DNA from: Spizellomyces punctatus DAOM BR117
Taxonomy: Eukaryota
DNA: 64,000 bases
Strand: one strand, 5' to 3'
Assembly (NCBI GenBank): GCA_000182565.2
Contig: KQ257456.1
Positions 50,225 to 62,046 of this stretch are shown piece by piece. Position 1 is the first letter of the stretch, and every line of letters begins with the position of its first letter. A model generated the notes under the pieces. That model was not told the origin of the DNA. It saw only the letters and a program-made list of their open reading frames with translations, and made no database searches. The translations under genes were made by a program, and so were the position numbers.

Positions 50225-51133
50225 TCAATCGTCGTCCTCATCCTCGTCATCATCATCGTCGTCGTCGTCATCGTCGTCATCGTCGTCGCCCTTCCTAGCA
50301 GGCGCAGGTGGGGTGGGTGCAGGAGCCGGAGCTGCAGGAGGAAGAGGGGGTGTAGCCGGAAGAGTGCCATTTCCATTAGGAGGGGGTACAGTCCCTCCAC
50401 CCTGAGGCTGGATCGTAACCGCCTGAAGAATCTCCCAAGGCGCTTCCTCACCATCCGTCGCAATGACGAGATTGACTATTCAAACAAATGTGAATGCAAA
50501 GATCTGTGCACACCCGCCAATATACAATATACTTACATGTGATGGGACCCACATTTGCATTGGGTGCCGTCCACTGGAACTGCAAATTTGTGCCTTTGAT
50601 AGACGTATCGGCGTGCGTCACGGTGCTTTCGGGTGAGTCTTGGGTGATACCCGCTAAAAAAGAGGATCAAATAGAAATAAGCATTGTATGTGTTTGGCAT
50701 TAAGATATCCACTACCGACCCGCCTGACAAATAGAAGTTGTCTGAGGTCTAAAGCCTTTAGGTATTGCAAAGACTCCGACATGCTGTTTTAAGTTGTTTG
50801 GCGCGAGTGCAGCGTCTTGCTGAGTTCCGGGTGTTGCGTACATGAGGAGTCCTTTCCAGGATCTTTGACCGGTAATGGATAGGGTCATTTGTTGGCCGGG
50901 GGTCTGTGCAAACACCAATTAGTCAAAGTTGCAGACCGAAAGTTAAAGTACAAGATGCTTACATAGGTGTTGGCCGATGGCTGCGCACCAAAGTTGAGCT
51001 GGGTATTTTTAACTTCGTGACCATTGGCGATAACGGTTGGGTTGATGGCGCATTTTGGGGCACCCCTTGGGAGAGCCGTGATGCTTGCTGTTCCCCATAA
51101 GATGGTCAAAAGGAAGGTTAAGACTGTTTTCAT
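50225..51133 (-). CDS. Secreted Reeler-domain-like protein with Pro/Ala linker and poly-Asp tail, multi-exon
   Basis: Signal peptide, LPRGAPKC, TY|TPGQQMTLSITG..WKGLLMYA, VGVF, LQFQWTAP. Confidence 0.7.
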
Positions 51134-51981
51134 GTCGAGTTTGAATTCTTGTTTAAGTACACTGCAATCTGAGCGGACTGGGTCGTTATGCTCACCTTTT
51201 ATATCTGATACATTGCCGTCGAGACACTCATCAAAAAACTCTTGACCGCACTAGCCAAGAATGTAATGCACGCAAAGCTTGATTATCGAAAATGTGTTCA
51301 AAGAAAGACGGTGACCAGGTTGCTTCCGTCTATTCCATCCAGGTGTGGCTCATCTTGTCATGAAGCATATCCCGAAAACTGTGCCTCCTGCGCGTTCTTA
51401 CCGAGGATCTAATACCAGTGGCATAGTCATGTTCTGCTCTCCATTAAGGTTTTCCAAAAGAAAACGCCAAGAGAAAAAGCAACGAATGGCCATGTGGTGT
51501 TTTGCCACCCGCCTGTGTGGAATGCATGGCAAGTGTCCTCGAGGGGTGGATGACTGTAGTAAGTAGGTCATGTCCAGGTTGCCAAGATTTGGTTTAGATT
51601 ACAAGAATGCCGAAAGAAGGTTAATAATGATTCTTATCCTTGGCCAACGTGAATTGCGGTTTAGTCACGTCTTTGCCAGCGAGGATGATTACAATAGGTG
51701 ACAATGAGCGAATACGGGTACGATCTATCCGTAGTGTGCTGAACGTCGTGGGATTCATCTTGCGAGAAAGTTCATCTAGGTTTTCCAAAGGAGGGTATGT
51801 ATGGCATCCAAACCCTAAGCATGTACTTGTAATCAACAGAATGAGACTCTTCACAACCCTTGAGATTGTTCATCAACGGCTTTTAAATGTGCTCCGTTCT
51901 TCCGAGTGGTACTAGTACATGGTCTGAGATATTTCTCAAATGGAGAATATGAAATGCTAATAATGTATTAACGTAGATGGG

Positions 51982-52081
51982 NNNNNNNNNNNNNNNNNNN
52001 NNNNNNNNNNNNNNNNNNNNNNNNNNNNNNNNNNNNNNNNNNNNNNNNNNNNNNNNNNNNNNNNNNNNNNNNNNNNNNNNN
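51982..52081. other. Assembly gap (100 N)
   Basis: N run. Confidence 1.
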
Positions 52082-53140
52082 GAGCTTTTTTAAAGTTTTG
52101 ACATACATGATTAACAACATTGCTCCGTTCTTCCCGAGTGGTATTGTGCTTGGTTCGATACCTTTTCTTTTGAGCAAAAATCTTCTAGGCAACCTCTACG
52201 GATCACATCATTTGTTCTCATTTATGACCTCAACCATTGAAATATGTTGGAGAATGTGTGCTCTGATGGCAGCCAGCGTTTGTGTTTTGCTGTTCCATAG
52301 AGTAACAGCTGTACATTGATGGTGTTTTCCCTTTTTTAATTGTACCGTTCATTTCTTTTGAAATCGAGTTGAATGATTGCCAGATGTGTCGCATGTGGTA
52401 TTTTGTTCGGAGGTACAAAAGACCTTTATATGGATCCCTCGCGGCAAGTCATATGGGGGGGGGGGGGGGGGGGAAGGCAAGACAAAGTGCCAGTAGAAAG
52501 TGTTGCCTCGATCGCACAGAAAAGGAAAAGTGATGAGGTAAGCGTTCAAAAGGGCCGCGTGGAGTGTTCTGAAAATGAAAACGGCCTTTTGTGTATAACG
52601 GTGGTAGCGGAGATGGATTTCACCCGAAGTTCTTTGCTGAACGGTGGTGAATATCACAACTACAGTGTTCCTTTGGTTCAAACATGCGTTCGTCAAAAGA
52701 CAAAAAGGATTGAAAAGAAAAAAAAAACAAAAGAAGACAAGTAAACGGAATTTGGGTCTCCAAAATGCTTTGCACGGAAAGAGGACACACACGGGCTGTA
52801 CGCAACTGGCACACAAACCACTCGGCAGATTGGAGGGGGAATAGCGAAACCACTAAAGTTGCTTCCTTCACTGTTTTGCAAAACTCGGTGGTTGAGAGGT
52901 GCTTTTTGGAGAGTTGATTTGGTTCAAATTTTAAGGGGAGGGATTGGACCGCAAGCGTTCGTAAGAAAATAAAAGAAAAAGTAAACAGGAAGAGGAAATC
53001 CAAAGCAAAAGACAGGTTTTTAAAAATCGACGGACAAGACTTTTGTCGCGGCATTCCATTCACCGCTCCGCTCCGCATCGTTTCTTCTTTCGTGTCCTGT
53101 CTCCCACATTTTGATCTCATAGCGCCCTATTTCATCCATC

Positions 53141-55012
53141 ATGGCGATGACATTATTTGCGTCGCTTCTTCCCCCTGGACTCGCTGACGGCGGGGAAGAT
53201 GAACGATGGCATCTAGTAAAGATTTATCAGGCTGTGGATATCGTTTGGGGATTTTGGATCATCAATTCGGTATGCAAAGGGTATTCGAGTGTCTAGTTGT
53301 CGTTGGATATCAATATTGATAATACCATGAATGATAGGTGTTTGGAAAATGTATGCAACATTACATCAAGACGGGTATATCCTCCCAGCGGTTTGGTGAC
53401 AAGATTTTAGTGTGGTTGACGGCTGCCTCGTTTGTTCATTTCATTGGACGGATCGTCAATGCTGTAAAGATAACGCCGTGGTATATCCCTGTTCAACTCT
53501 TTTGGGACAGGTTTTATCTTGTGCTAGTGGTAAGTTGTTTTTTCATTATTTGTTCAGAGGGATCTTTCTCATCCTATATTTGGTTTTCAGCTTGCGTCGT
53601 ATGGTGCTATTGCCGCAAAGCTGTATGCCACCATCAGCACCGAGAGATCTCATTCCCTATTCGGGTCATGTCGGTTCCTCGCTGCCCTTACTGGGACACC
53701 CATGATTCTAGCACTTATAGCACAATGCGTTATCGCGGCCCACCTTCCGAGGTTAATTTACCAGCTTGAAGTCCTACTCTGTGGGACCATGACCATGGCG
53801 TTTATAATCAACTGTGTGATTCTCAATATTGCCCGCCGACGCACGGCAATGCATTTCCAAAACGCCAAAGCGAGGATGACGCCCTTACAAGATCGTCGGC
53901 AAACAGTCATGCTCCGGAAATTGAATCTCTTGTACTTGTTTACGATTAGCGGGTCTCTGACGTGTGCCGGATTCGTCGTCCGGCTCATTGTGTTTAGTCC
54001 TGCAGAGATTGATTTCAATTTCCCCAAGCGTCCCGTTCAAGTCTGGCACGCGGCCGTCATGACGGGGATTGGGATTCTTGAAATGGTTTTTCTCGGGATT
54101 AGTGCCGCTACAGCTGCAGACTTGTTTGAAGTATCGGATTTCACTGCCACGTCACCATTCTTGCGTACTTCGAATCACACGGGGAGTGCAACGCCAGTTC
54201 AAGTCACTGTTTCCGTTCCCGCTGTTCGAGTTGGACCGCTCAGCAGTACGGCGAGTCTAACCAACTCGGTCAACCGTGAATCGACTTTGGGTAGCCCTAC
54301 TGATCCAGCCGCTAAACCTTTTAATGAGATTGCTCAGCGAGAGTACCGTTTAATCGAGGAAGACGAGGCATGGACCCGATTGTGCATCCAAACCGCCGAA
54401 GAACAAGCCATGTGGTGGAAGAATTGGAGGAGCATGACCTGGAAAGAGTTTACCACCTTCCCAAACCCCATTAACGAAGCTGAAGTCCGGATATGGATTA
54501 CCTGGGCCTTTATTGGGTGTACATTGGGTCCTATTGTAGATATTTACTGGAACTCTCCTGCGGCGTATTGGACCATTATGACGCTTGCGTTCCTTCGAGC
54601 CATGTTTGGATTTCGATTGGACCCATTGGGGTACATTAACCTCTTTATTTTGAAACCCCTCATTGTGGATCGGTGGGGATGGATTGAAGATCTCATGGTG
54701 GCTGGCCCACCCCGGAAACTCGCCCTAGTGCAACCCTTACCCTTGATGTTTGCCTTTACGATTGCCTGGCATTTGGGGTGGGTATACGGTGCCCGATGGA
54801 TTTTCGCCATTTTTGCAGCGTCGTGTGCTGCGCAAGCCATGTATGATGTGTGCTTGGGGTGTGCCATGTTTTGGGTGTTGATCAAACTGGGGATTGCGAA
54901 TGAGAATGCTTGTGAGGTGTGCACGGCAAATTACGTCTGTAAGAACCGGATGATGCTTTCCAAACCTGCACCGCAGAAACAAGAGGTGCCGCTCAATGGA
55001 GGGTGGAAATGA
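53141..55012 (+). CDS. Multi-pass membrane protein: 7TM-like N-terminal bundle fused to a DUF4395-like C-terminal domain, 3 exons
   Basis: Seven hydrophobic segments after splicing, then an S/T-rich linker, then FPNPINEAEVR..FLRAMFGFRLDPL..AGPPRKLA..CLGC. Confidence 0.7.
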
Positions 55013-55316
55013 TAAATACCTGGTTTTTATACGCTTGATTTGCGTGTCTTTGTATGTGTTTCGGTGCTTGTGTTCTTTTTTTTTTTTTTCCTTTGCTTGT
55101 TTCGTTCAATGTACGAATCATGGGGTTGGGTATATGGATATAGACTTTATAGACTACTCATAGAGATGTACGGGGTATGCATCGTTGGACTTGCAAAAAA
55201 ACGTTCTGAATCACAATCTTTGTGCTCAAAAAACACAACCCAATGGGTTCCTTAAATACACAGTACCAATTATTTTCGAACAAAGTGATTATCCTCAACT
55301 TTATCCCTTGTCGCAT

Positions 55317-58300
55317 CTATTGCTTCTCACCCAAAAGACATGCATCCACATGTCGATTCACACTAGCGAGATCAGACGGGTCTGTGAATGGCGTTGCGCA
55401 TACGGGACATACGGGCTGATCAAGCAAAGGAGATGAGCTCCGTTTTTGCTATAAAAATGCAGGAGGGTTGTATTAGAAAGACCAGATGGACAAATATATA
55501 TCGACAAACAATACCATCCATTCCACGAGATTAGAACTTGGTTTATCCCGTTTCGTTTCTTTTTTGCGTTTAGAGGGTCGTTTCTGTAATATCAACCCCA
55601 ATTAGCAAAGTGTCCTGTGATCTATATAGCACGATACGGACCATCCCATCACCCTTGATCTCACCACTTCCATCAGGAATATGAGGATCCTCAAGACATC
55701 TACCCACATGCTCAGCCATATCCCGCTCAGAAATATCCGGAAACTCTTTACAACAAACAGGACATGTTAAAGTTTGCGGGTTTGGAAACGGAGTGGAAGG
55801 TGAGGGGCGTTTTAGAAACTATCAAAATGTCAATCATGTGAAAAGAGTACATGAGGAAGGAAGAGGCGCTTGTACCTTTGCGATACCGTCTTCATCCATG
55901 GACCGACTGGATAATTTTGACATGGATAATCCCATGAGTCGTAAACGTAACCCGGGATTTGCGGTAATTTCCAACGCAAGGAGCTGATTTATAAAAGGAT
56001 TTAGCATCAAACACAATAAATGCATAACCCCCGAACCACTGACAAAAAACAAAAAATACCTGTTGTGCACAATGGAAAATCTCTTCAGCGGTGCACATGA
56101 ACCGCATCAAGGTCTTTGCACGGGTAAAGAGACGGAATTCAGTGGTTTTGAGTTTAAGTGTCAAGGTCCGGCCTTTTGTGTCGTGTTTTTTTAGGTCCGT
56201 TGCGAGGTATTCAGAGAGTTCAGAGAGTTTTTCGTACATTTCTGATGATTTTTGCATGGGTGCAAATGTTCTTTATAGGGATTTAAGTATCAATGTGGGG
56301 TTTTTTGAAATGGTCAAAGATGGGGTGTACCTCTCTACCCCAATACTTTTTCTCTCGCTATCCCTACATGATTCATTAGATGCGAACATAACAAACCAAG
56401 AAAAAAAGTTCAACATACGATTCAATCTCGGGTTGATCCGACTCCAAGACTCGTTCGTACACAAAAATTGAACATGATGGGTGAAAAGAGTTTGTAAATA
56501 AGCACGAGGTGTTCCTTCTATTTAATTCTCTTTGATTAGTGTGGTTTTGTTGAATGTAATCAGACGGACATACCAGATGCCCGCATGTCTCAATTCCAAG
56601 GGACTTTAAAATCCGTTCATTGACTTTCCCCACACCTAATCCATTCAATAGCATGAAATTTAACCGTCCCTTGTGCATCGAAAAACTTCATGACATGACC
56701 TGGGACTTTACGTATCGGCAATGTTCGAACAAATTCCATAATACTTTCCCGATCCACAGGAAGGAATTTTTGTCCATTGGGTTTGTTAATGTCTGGTTTG
56801 AGTGGTTTTTGAGATCTTTCTTGTGGGTTGGGATGATGTGAATTTGTGGCTACGTACCCGCGCAAACCTACATACCAGACAAGGAACAATCAGCTCAGGT
56901 TCAGCATATGAGCATCAAAGGCTACGTTATACCTTTGCCAGCATTCTCGAATAATAAAAAGAAAGACACATGGCAGAATCAGCACAACTATCATAATCGC
57001 ACCTAGTCGTTCGATAAACCTACTTGTTTGCCGCTATACCTAAAAATGCGGTAGAGTGTGAATAAATTGTATCATTACATGCCGCTTTATTTCCAACTGC
57101 ACCTGCACTCGCAGTAAGCATTGTCCGACTGTACATGAACAGACATGAGAAAAAGTCCACTGTCAACAAGAAGGGGTCCGCTACCCACCGAAATATTTCT
57201 GCTCGAAGCTCAGATACGACGGATTCGGGTGTGTGTTCAGGGTGCGCAGAAAGGTAATCGGTGATATCCAGATACGCTAATAGCAAGACTGGGCATGCGA
57301 TATAATCTATTGGTTTTTGGAAACAGAAACGTACCTTCATCCAAGCTCATTGGACTGGAATAAATAAAAAACATTTTCAGCTAAAAACGCAAAACTCTAA
57401 AATGTGGAATACAGGAGCCATACCTAAACTGTGGATCATACATCTATAATGACATTCAATCAATGAGTTGAATAAGACAACAAATAAAACTATACCCGAC
57501 AAAATCCTTACCGCAAAGACCTCCCGAATCTTTTTGCTCACCGCCGTGTATTTATCAAAATTGGAACGAACGAGAATCAAATTGGGGCACAATTTCTGTT
57601 GTTTGTCATTGTTTTCCATTTAGCAACAACCATCTAGGTTGCATCATGGCTGGTGACAAGGCCATTTACCTTTGCAATATACCCTAATAAAAGTAAAGAT
57701 CAAAAACATAATCTTTTGAAAGTGTCCTCGTAAAACTACGTACCAGGCATGGCAGATCGAACACCGTACTTTCTTTTCAACATGCATCATAAAAAGTGAC
57801 TAGATATTCTTGATGATCGACACAAGGGGATCTCACCTAGCTATACAATAAATTCAACAATAACAACATTTAAAAAAATACTGTGTCTTCAAAGAATACC
57901 TTCATAATTCGCCGTAGACAACATGGACATGCCCTACACGTAAACTCAGAACCAAAAAACACAAACTAATAAAACGTATGCGGGATTACCCCGACAGCCA
58001 TTGGCTACAGTAAAGGTGAGCAAAAGAACCAAGCGTTATAAATCATGTAAATCGTGTTACCTTATTTTTCAATTCGGGTCGATCGAGTTCTTCGACGGAT
58101 GCAAAAAATGCTGTAAGGTTGAAAATATCAGTGTATGAAAGCGGGTAACGACAAGGGTCACATACCCACCATCCTAAAAAAAACCAATAAAAATCCATAT
58201 AAACAAACATGAAATATAATGAAAGAACATTATGACAAAACAAACCATATCAACACAAACAATCCACCTCCGTTCAGATGTCTCCCATTCTTTTTCTACG

Positions 58301-58831
58301 GTTCGTAGTACGCTTTCGACGATGCCTCGTTCTAGGCGGAGGTCCATGGTTTGGATGGCTTGTACGCGGGATTGGAGGGATTGGATACGAGCTGTGACGA
58401 GAGCGTCTCGGCGTTGTTCAGCAAGAAAGAAAGGTGATCCCTAACAAAAAATGCAAAATCGTCAACTTGTGGAAAACAGTGATATGGGTATACGGAAGCC
58501 AAAAAAGGGAACGGACTTGAGAGGCTTCGTAAACGATTTTGGCGACAATGTGTTTAGGTATATATTGTGTACCGGCTTTATTGGGGTTGATAAGTAATCG
58601 GGATTTCATACTATCTTCCTGACTTTGTGTTGTATCCTCGGACGTTGCTATTTCTCCATTCTCTATCGTTTTTTGTGGTGCATGTGGGGATGTTTGCGCA
58701 ATTGGTTCGTCCTCTGCATTCAGGTCATGCGGTTCTAGAGCAAGTTCATCCTCGTGTACGCCCTCCTCACTCCAATCCCATTCAATATCATCTACATCCC
58801 ATTCGTCGTGGATAGGTTCATGATGTGACAT
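55317..58831 (-). CDS. POLK: DNA polymerase kappa (DinB, Y family) with C-terminal UBZ zinc fingers; very intron-rich
   Basis: NKAGTQ N-clasp; [99 protein letters not shown]; CPVC...HVDAC. Confidence 0.95.
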
Positions 58832-59068
58832 GTCCGCATGTCGCCTTGACAGCAGTCAAGGTAAAGTAACGAACCCACGTTCAATGACTTGAACACGGTT
58901 CAATGTGTCATGATCACTTTATCCTAATAAAGTCAAATGACATTTAATGCATCTCGGACTTTTCGGACAAGTGGGGGATCGGAGCAAAGAGGTTTGGAGA
59001 GTTGAGCACCTTGAGCACCCTCATTTGTCGAGCAACTTCAAAAGTTGAGATTTGGTTTTTATACAAAT
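58832..59068. promoter_or_regulatory. Probable bidirectional promoter between POLK and PRI1
   Basis: 237-bp spacer between divergent start codons, with clustered short palindromes. Confidence 0.5.
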
Positions 59069-60770
59069 ATGACGACGACATCCGATGACCCGGATACTAT
59101 ACCCTCCAAACGCACCCTCCCATCCGACACGGACCCCTTAAAGCGACTTAAACCCTCTACAGAAGAGACAACAGCAGAAGCACCGAATGCAAACCAGTGA
59201 GCAAAAACCCCTTTCAAAACCATAAAAATAGCAATATACTGAAAACAAAATGCATTAGGGGCGTCGACATGAATTTCCAATCCCTCCTCCGAATATTCTA
59301 TCAACGCAGTGNNNNNNNNNNNNNNNNNNNNNNNNNNNNNNNNNNNNNNNNNNNNNNNNNNNNNNNNNNNNNNNNNNNNNNNNNNNNNNNNNNNNNNNNN
59401 NNNNNNNNNNNGGGATAAAAAGACGATTCAACCGGGTGCGTTTAAACCACTGGAAAGGGAGTTGGTGTTTGATATTGATATGACGGATTATGATGAGATT
59501 CGGACGTGTTGTAGGTGGGTTTATCTCTTTGGATTGTTTTATGTGTTTGGTTTTGTATGTTCAATTTTGAATATCCGTTTATAGTGGTGGGGATGTGTGT
59601 AGGGTGTGTTGGGATTTCATGACGGTTGCGATTAAAGTTGTGCATAAGACATTGACGGGTACGTTTTTTGCAACATGTTTGAGGTTGTGGTTTAACTCTC
59701 TATAATCTGATGTTATATTGTTGTAGATGATTTTGGGTTTAAGAACTTGTTGTGGGTGTACAGTGGACGACGGGGTGTACATTGTTGGGTATGTGATGAA
59801 CGGGCCCGAAAAATGCCATCAGAGGGACGACGAGCTATTGTGAGTTTTCTGGAAGTGATCAAGGTGTGTGTGCTGTTGTGCATTGCTTTGTTTTTGAGGT
59901 ATTTTTTGGTGTTTATTGGATTCGTTTGATAACATTTGTAGGGAGGTGAAAACGCTGGACGTAAAACCAATTTACCCAAATCCTTGCATCCTTCTTTACG
60001 GTCCGTTCCCCATCTCGCTGTGTTCGTTTGGAATACATGCCTTTAACGTTATTTCACTTTTAGACGCGCGTACGAGGTCCTTGTCCCCCATTTCCGCAAA
60101 ACCGTCGTAGAAGGCATGCAAGTCCTCTCGGTACGCGACCATTGGACCAAACTCCTTGCCCTTGTTCCTGATGAAGGTACGATACACTTCCAATTCAAAC
60201 CTTGTAAAAAAATATTCATTTGTATGATATTTTTAGATGTACGAAAGCGGTTGGATCAGCAGTGGAGTACCCGTGAACGATCCAATGAATCGAGATGGGA
60301 AGATTTGGTATCTGAATTGAATTCCAAAAAGGTATGTGGTGCTTTTTTTGAAGGTTGTCATAGTGGTTTATTTATCAACCTTTGTAGAAATCGTTGTATA
60401 ATGTGGAACGTGATATTATTTTCCAATACACGTATCCGCGTTTGGACTCGAATGTATCGATTGGGTTGAACCATTTGTTGAAAGCTCCTTTTTGTGTGCA
60501 TCCTAAAACGGGTAAGAAAATACCTACAGGTTCTTGTACCTTTTGTATTTACAACTTTTTTTTTTAATTGTAGGTAAAGTGTGTGTCCCAATGGACCCGG
60601 ACCGATGTGAAGAGTTTGATCCAATGGATGTACCTACTTTGGAAAGTGTACTCAATGATGAAGGGACTAGTAAACGGATTGGTGTTGAGAGGTTTTGTAA
60701 AGTCTTTTTGAGGGGGGTTGGTGAGGAGGTTCGGAGGGGGTTGAAGGAGAGGAATATATTAGAGTTTTGA
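59069..60770 (+). CDS. PRI1: DNA primase small subunit, multi-exon, interrupted by a gap
   Basis: [65 protein letters not shown]. Confidence 0.95.
59312..59411. other. Assembly gap (100 N)
   Basis: N run. Confidence 1.
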
Positions 60771-60826
60771 AATGAATATGCGGGAATTTAATTATGTGAA
60801 TGTTGTTTTTATGGGTTTTTATGTGG

Positions 60827-62046
60827 CAGATTACACACTTTCAAATGTGAGAAGACGAACGACCACCAACTACCAACTTGTTTCCTAGTTCTACTCGACC
60901 AGTACATCCACTCGACAACATGGTCAAAGTACCACTCTCTAAATCATGGTCGCTCGAGCATCCGGAGCGTCTCAATTATATTATTGCAAATGATGACAGC
61001 TACTCACAGGAGACGTATCCTCACGTAGCAGGCCTCACTCTTACGCGCCTTCGAAGCAATATTCAAAGGACCATTATGAATCGGTTGCGTGCCAACAATG
61101 TTGACACTTCACAAATGTCCGCGGCATCCTTTGGATTTTTGACAGCTGGGGTGACAGAAACGGCAGAGACTCTGGACACCATTATGGAGCTTCTCAACAA
61201 CCATATGGAAGTTACCGATGAGGATATGATTGAAGCGCTGCAGCTGCGGGAATCGACTATTGAAGATGTTGGCTCAGCAATGGCGGATATAGATGGATAC
61301 GGGCGCGAAAGGTTCTATGTATGGAGTTGGCCGATACTCGTTGAAGATTTATACCGCCTGATTGAAGACTGGGAAGAGGACGAATTGAATCCCGAGGAGG
61401 TTTATCACTGGTTGAGTCCGTTTCTACTGTTGCCCGAGGAACAACGAGGCAAGACATGTTATATCCGGTATGTTGGCAAGTCTGAATATCCCAGCGTTCC
61501 GTACAAGCGGTTTGTCACCGATTCAAAGCAACGAGAGGGTGGACTGCTTTGCCGCTTTACGACGATACTTGAGAGGAAGTTTCCGGATAGCTGTACCGCC
61601 GGCCGTACTTTTGAATTTACGAAAGCTACCCTCGAGGCCTTTGCTGCCCCGCGCTTGCGTGATGACCGGGAAAGATTTATTATTGGATTCTTTGGAAGCG
61701 ACAGTCTGCTCAATCAACAACTGGGAGGCTATTATGGCACGTACACGCCCAGTAGCGAGGACCATACCCTGTTCACGTCACTTGAGACGTGAACCGATTC
61801 ATAATGGTAGTTTGAATATTGCTTCGAAGGCGCGTAAGAGTGAGGCCTGCTACGTGAGGATACGTCTCCTGTGAGTAGCTGTCATCATTTGCAATAATAT
61901 AATTGAGACGCTCTGGATGCTCGAGCGACCACGATTTAGTCAGTGGTACTTTGACCATGACTGTCGAGTGGATGGAGTGGTCGGGGGGTTATAGGAAACA
62001 AGTTGGTAGTTGGTGGTCGTTCGTCTTCTCACGTTTGCGTAATCTG
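60827..62046. mobile_element. Fold-back element with ~255-260-bp inverted arms (60827-61086 and 61792-62046)
   Basis: Right arm is a diverged reverse complement of the left, from CAGATTAC through the ORF's first ~55 codons; flanks are ATGTGG and ATGTGC. Confidence 0.75.
60920..61792 (+). pseudogene. GIY-YIG-like endonuclease ORF, apparently 3'-truncated at the inversion junction
   Basis: Intronless; FYVW...YIRYVGKS..PYKRF...RERFIIGFFGSDSLLNQQLGG fits YVG-R-E-N GIY-YIG spacing; the stop codon lies in the junction hairpin. Confidence 0.55.
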
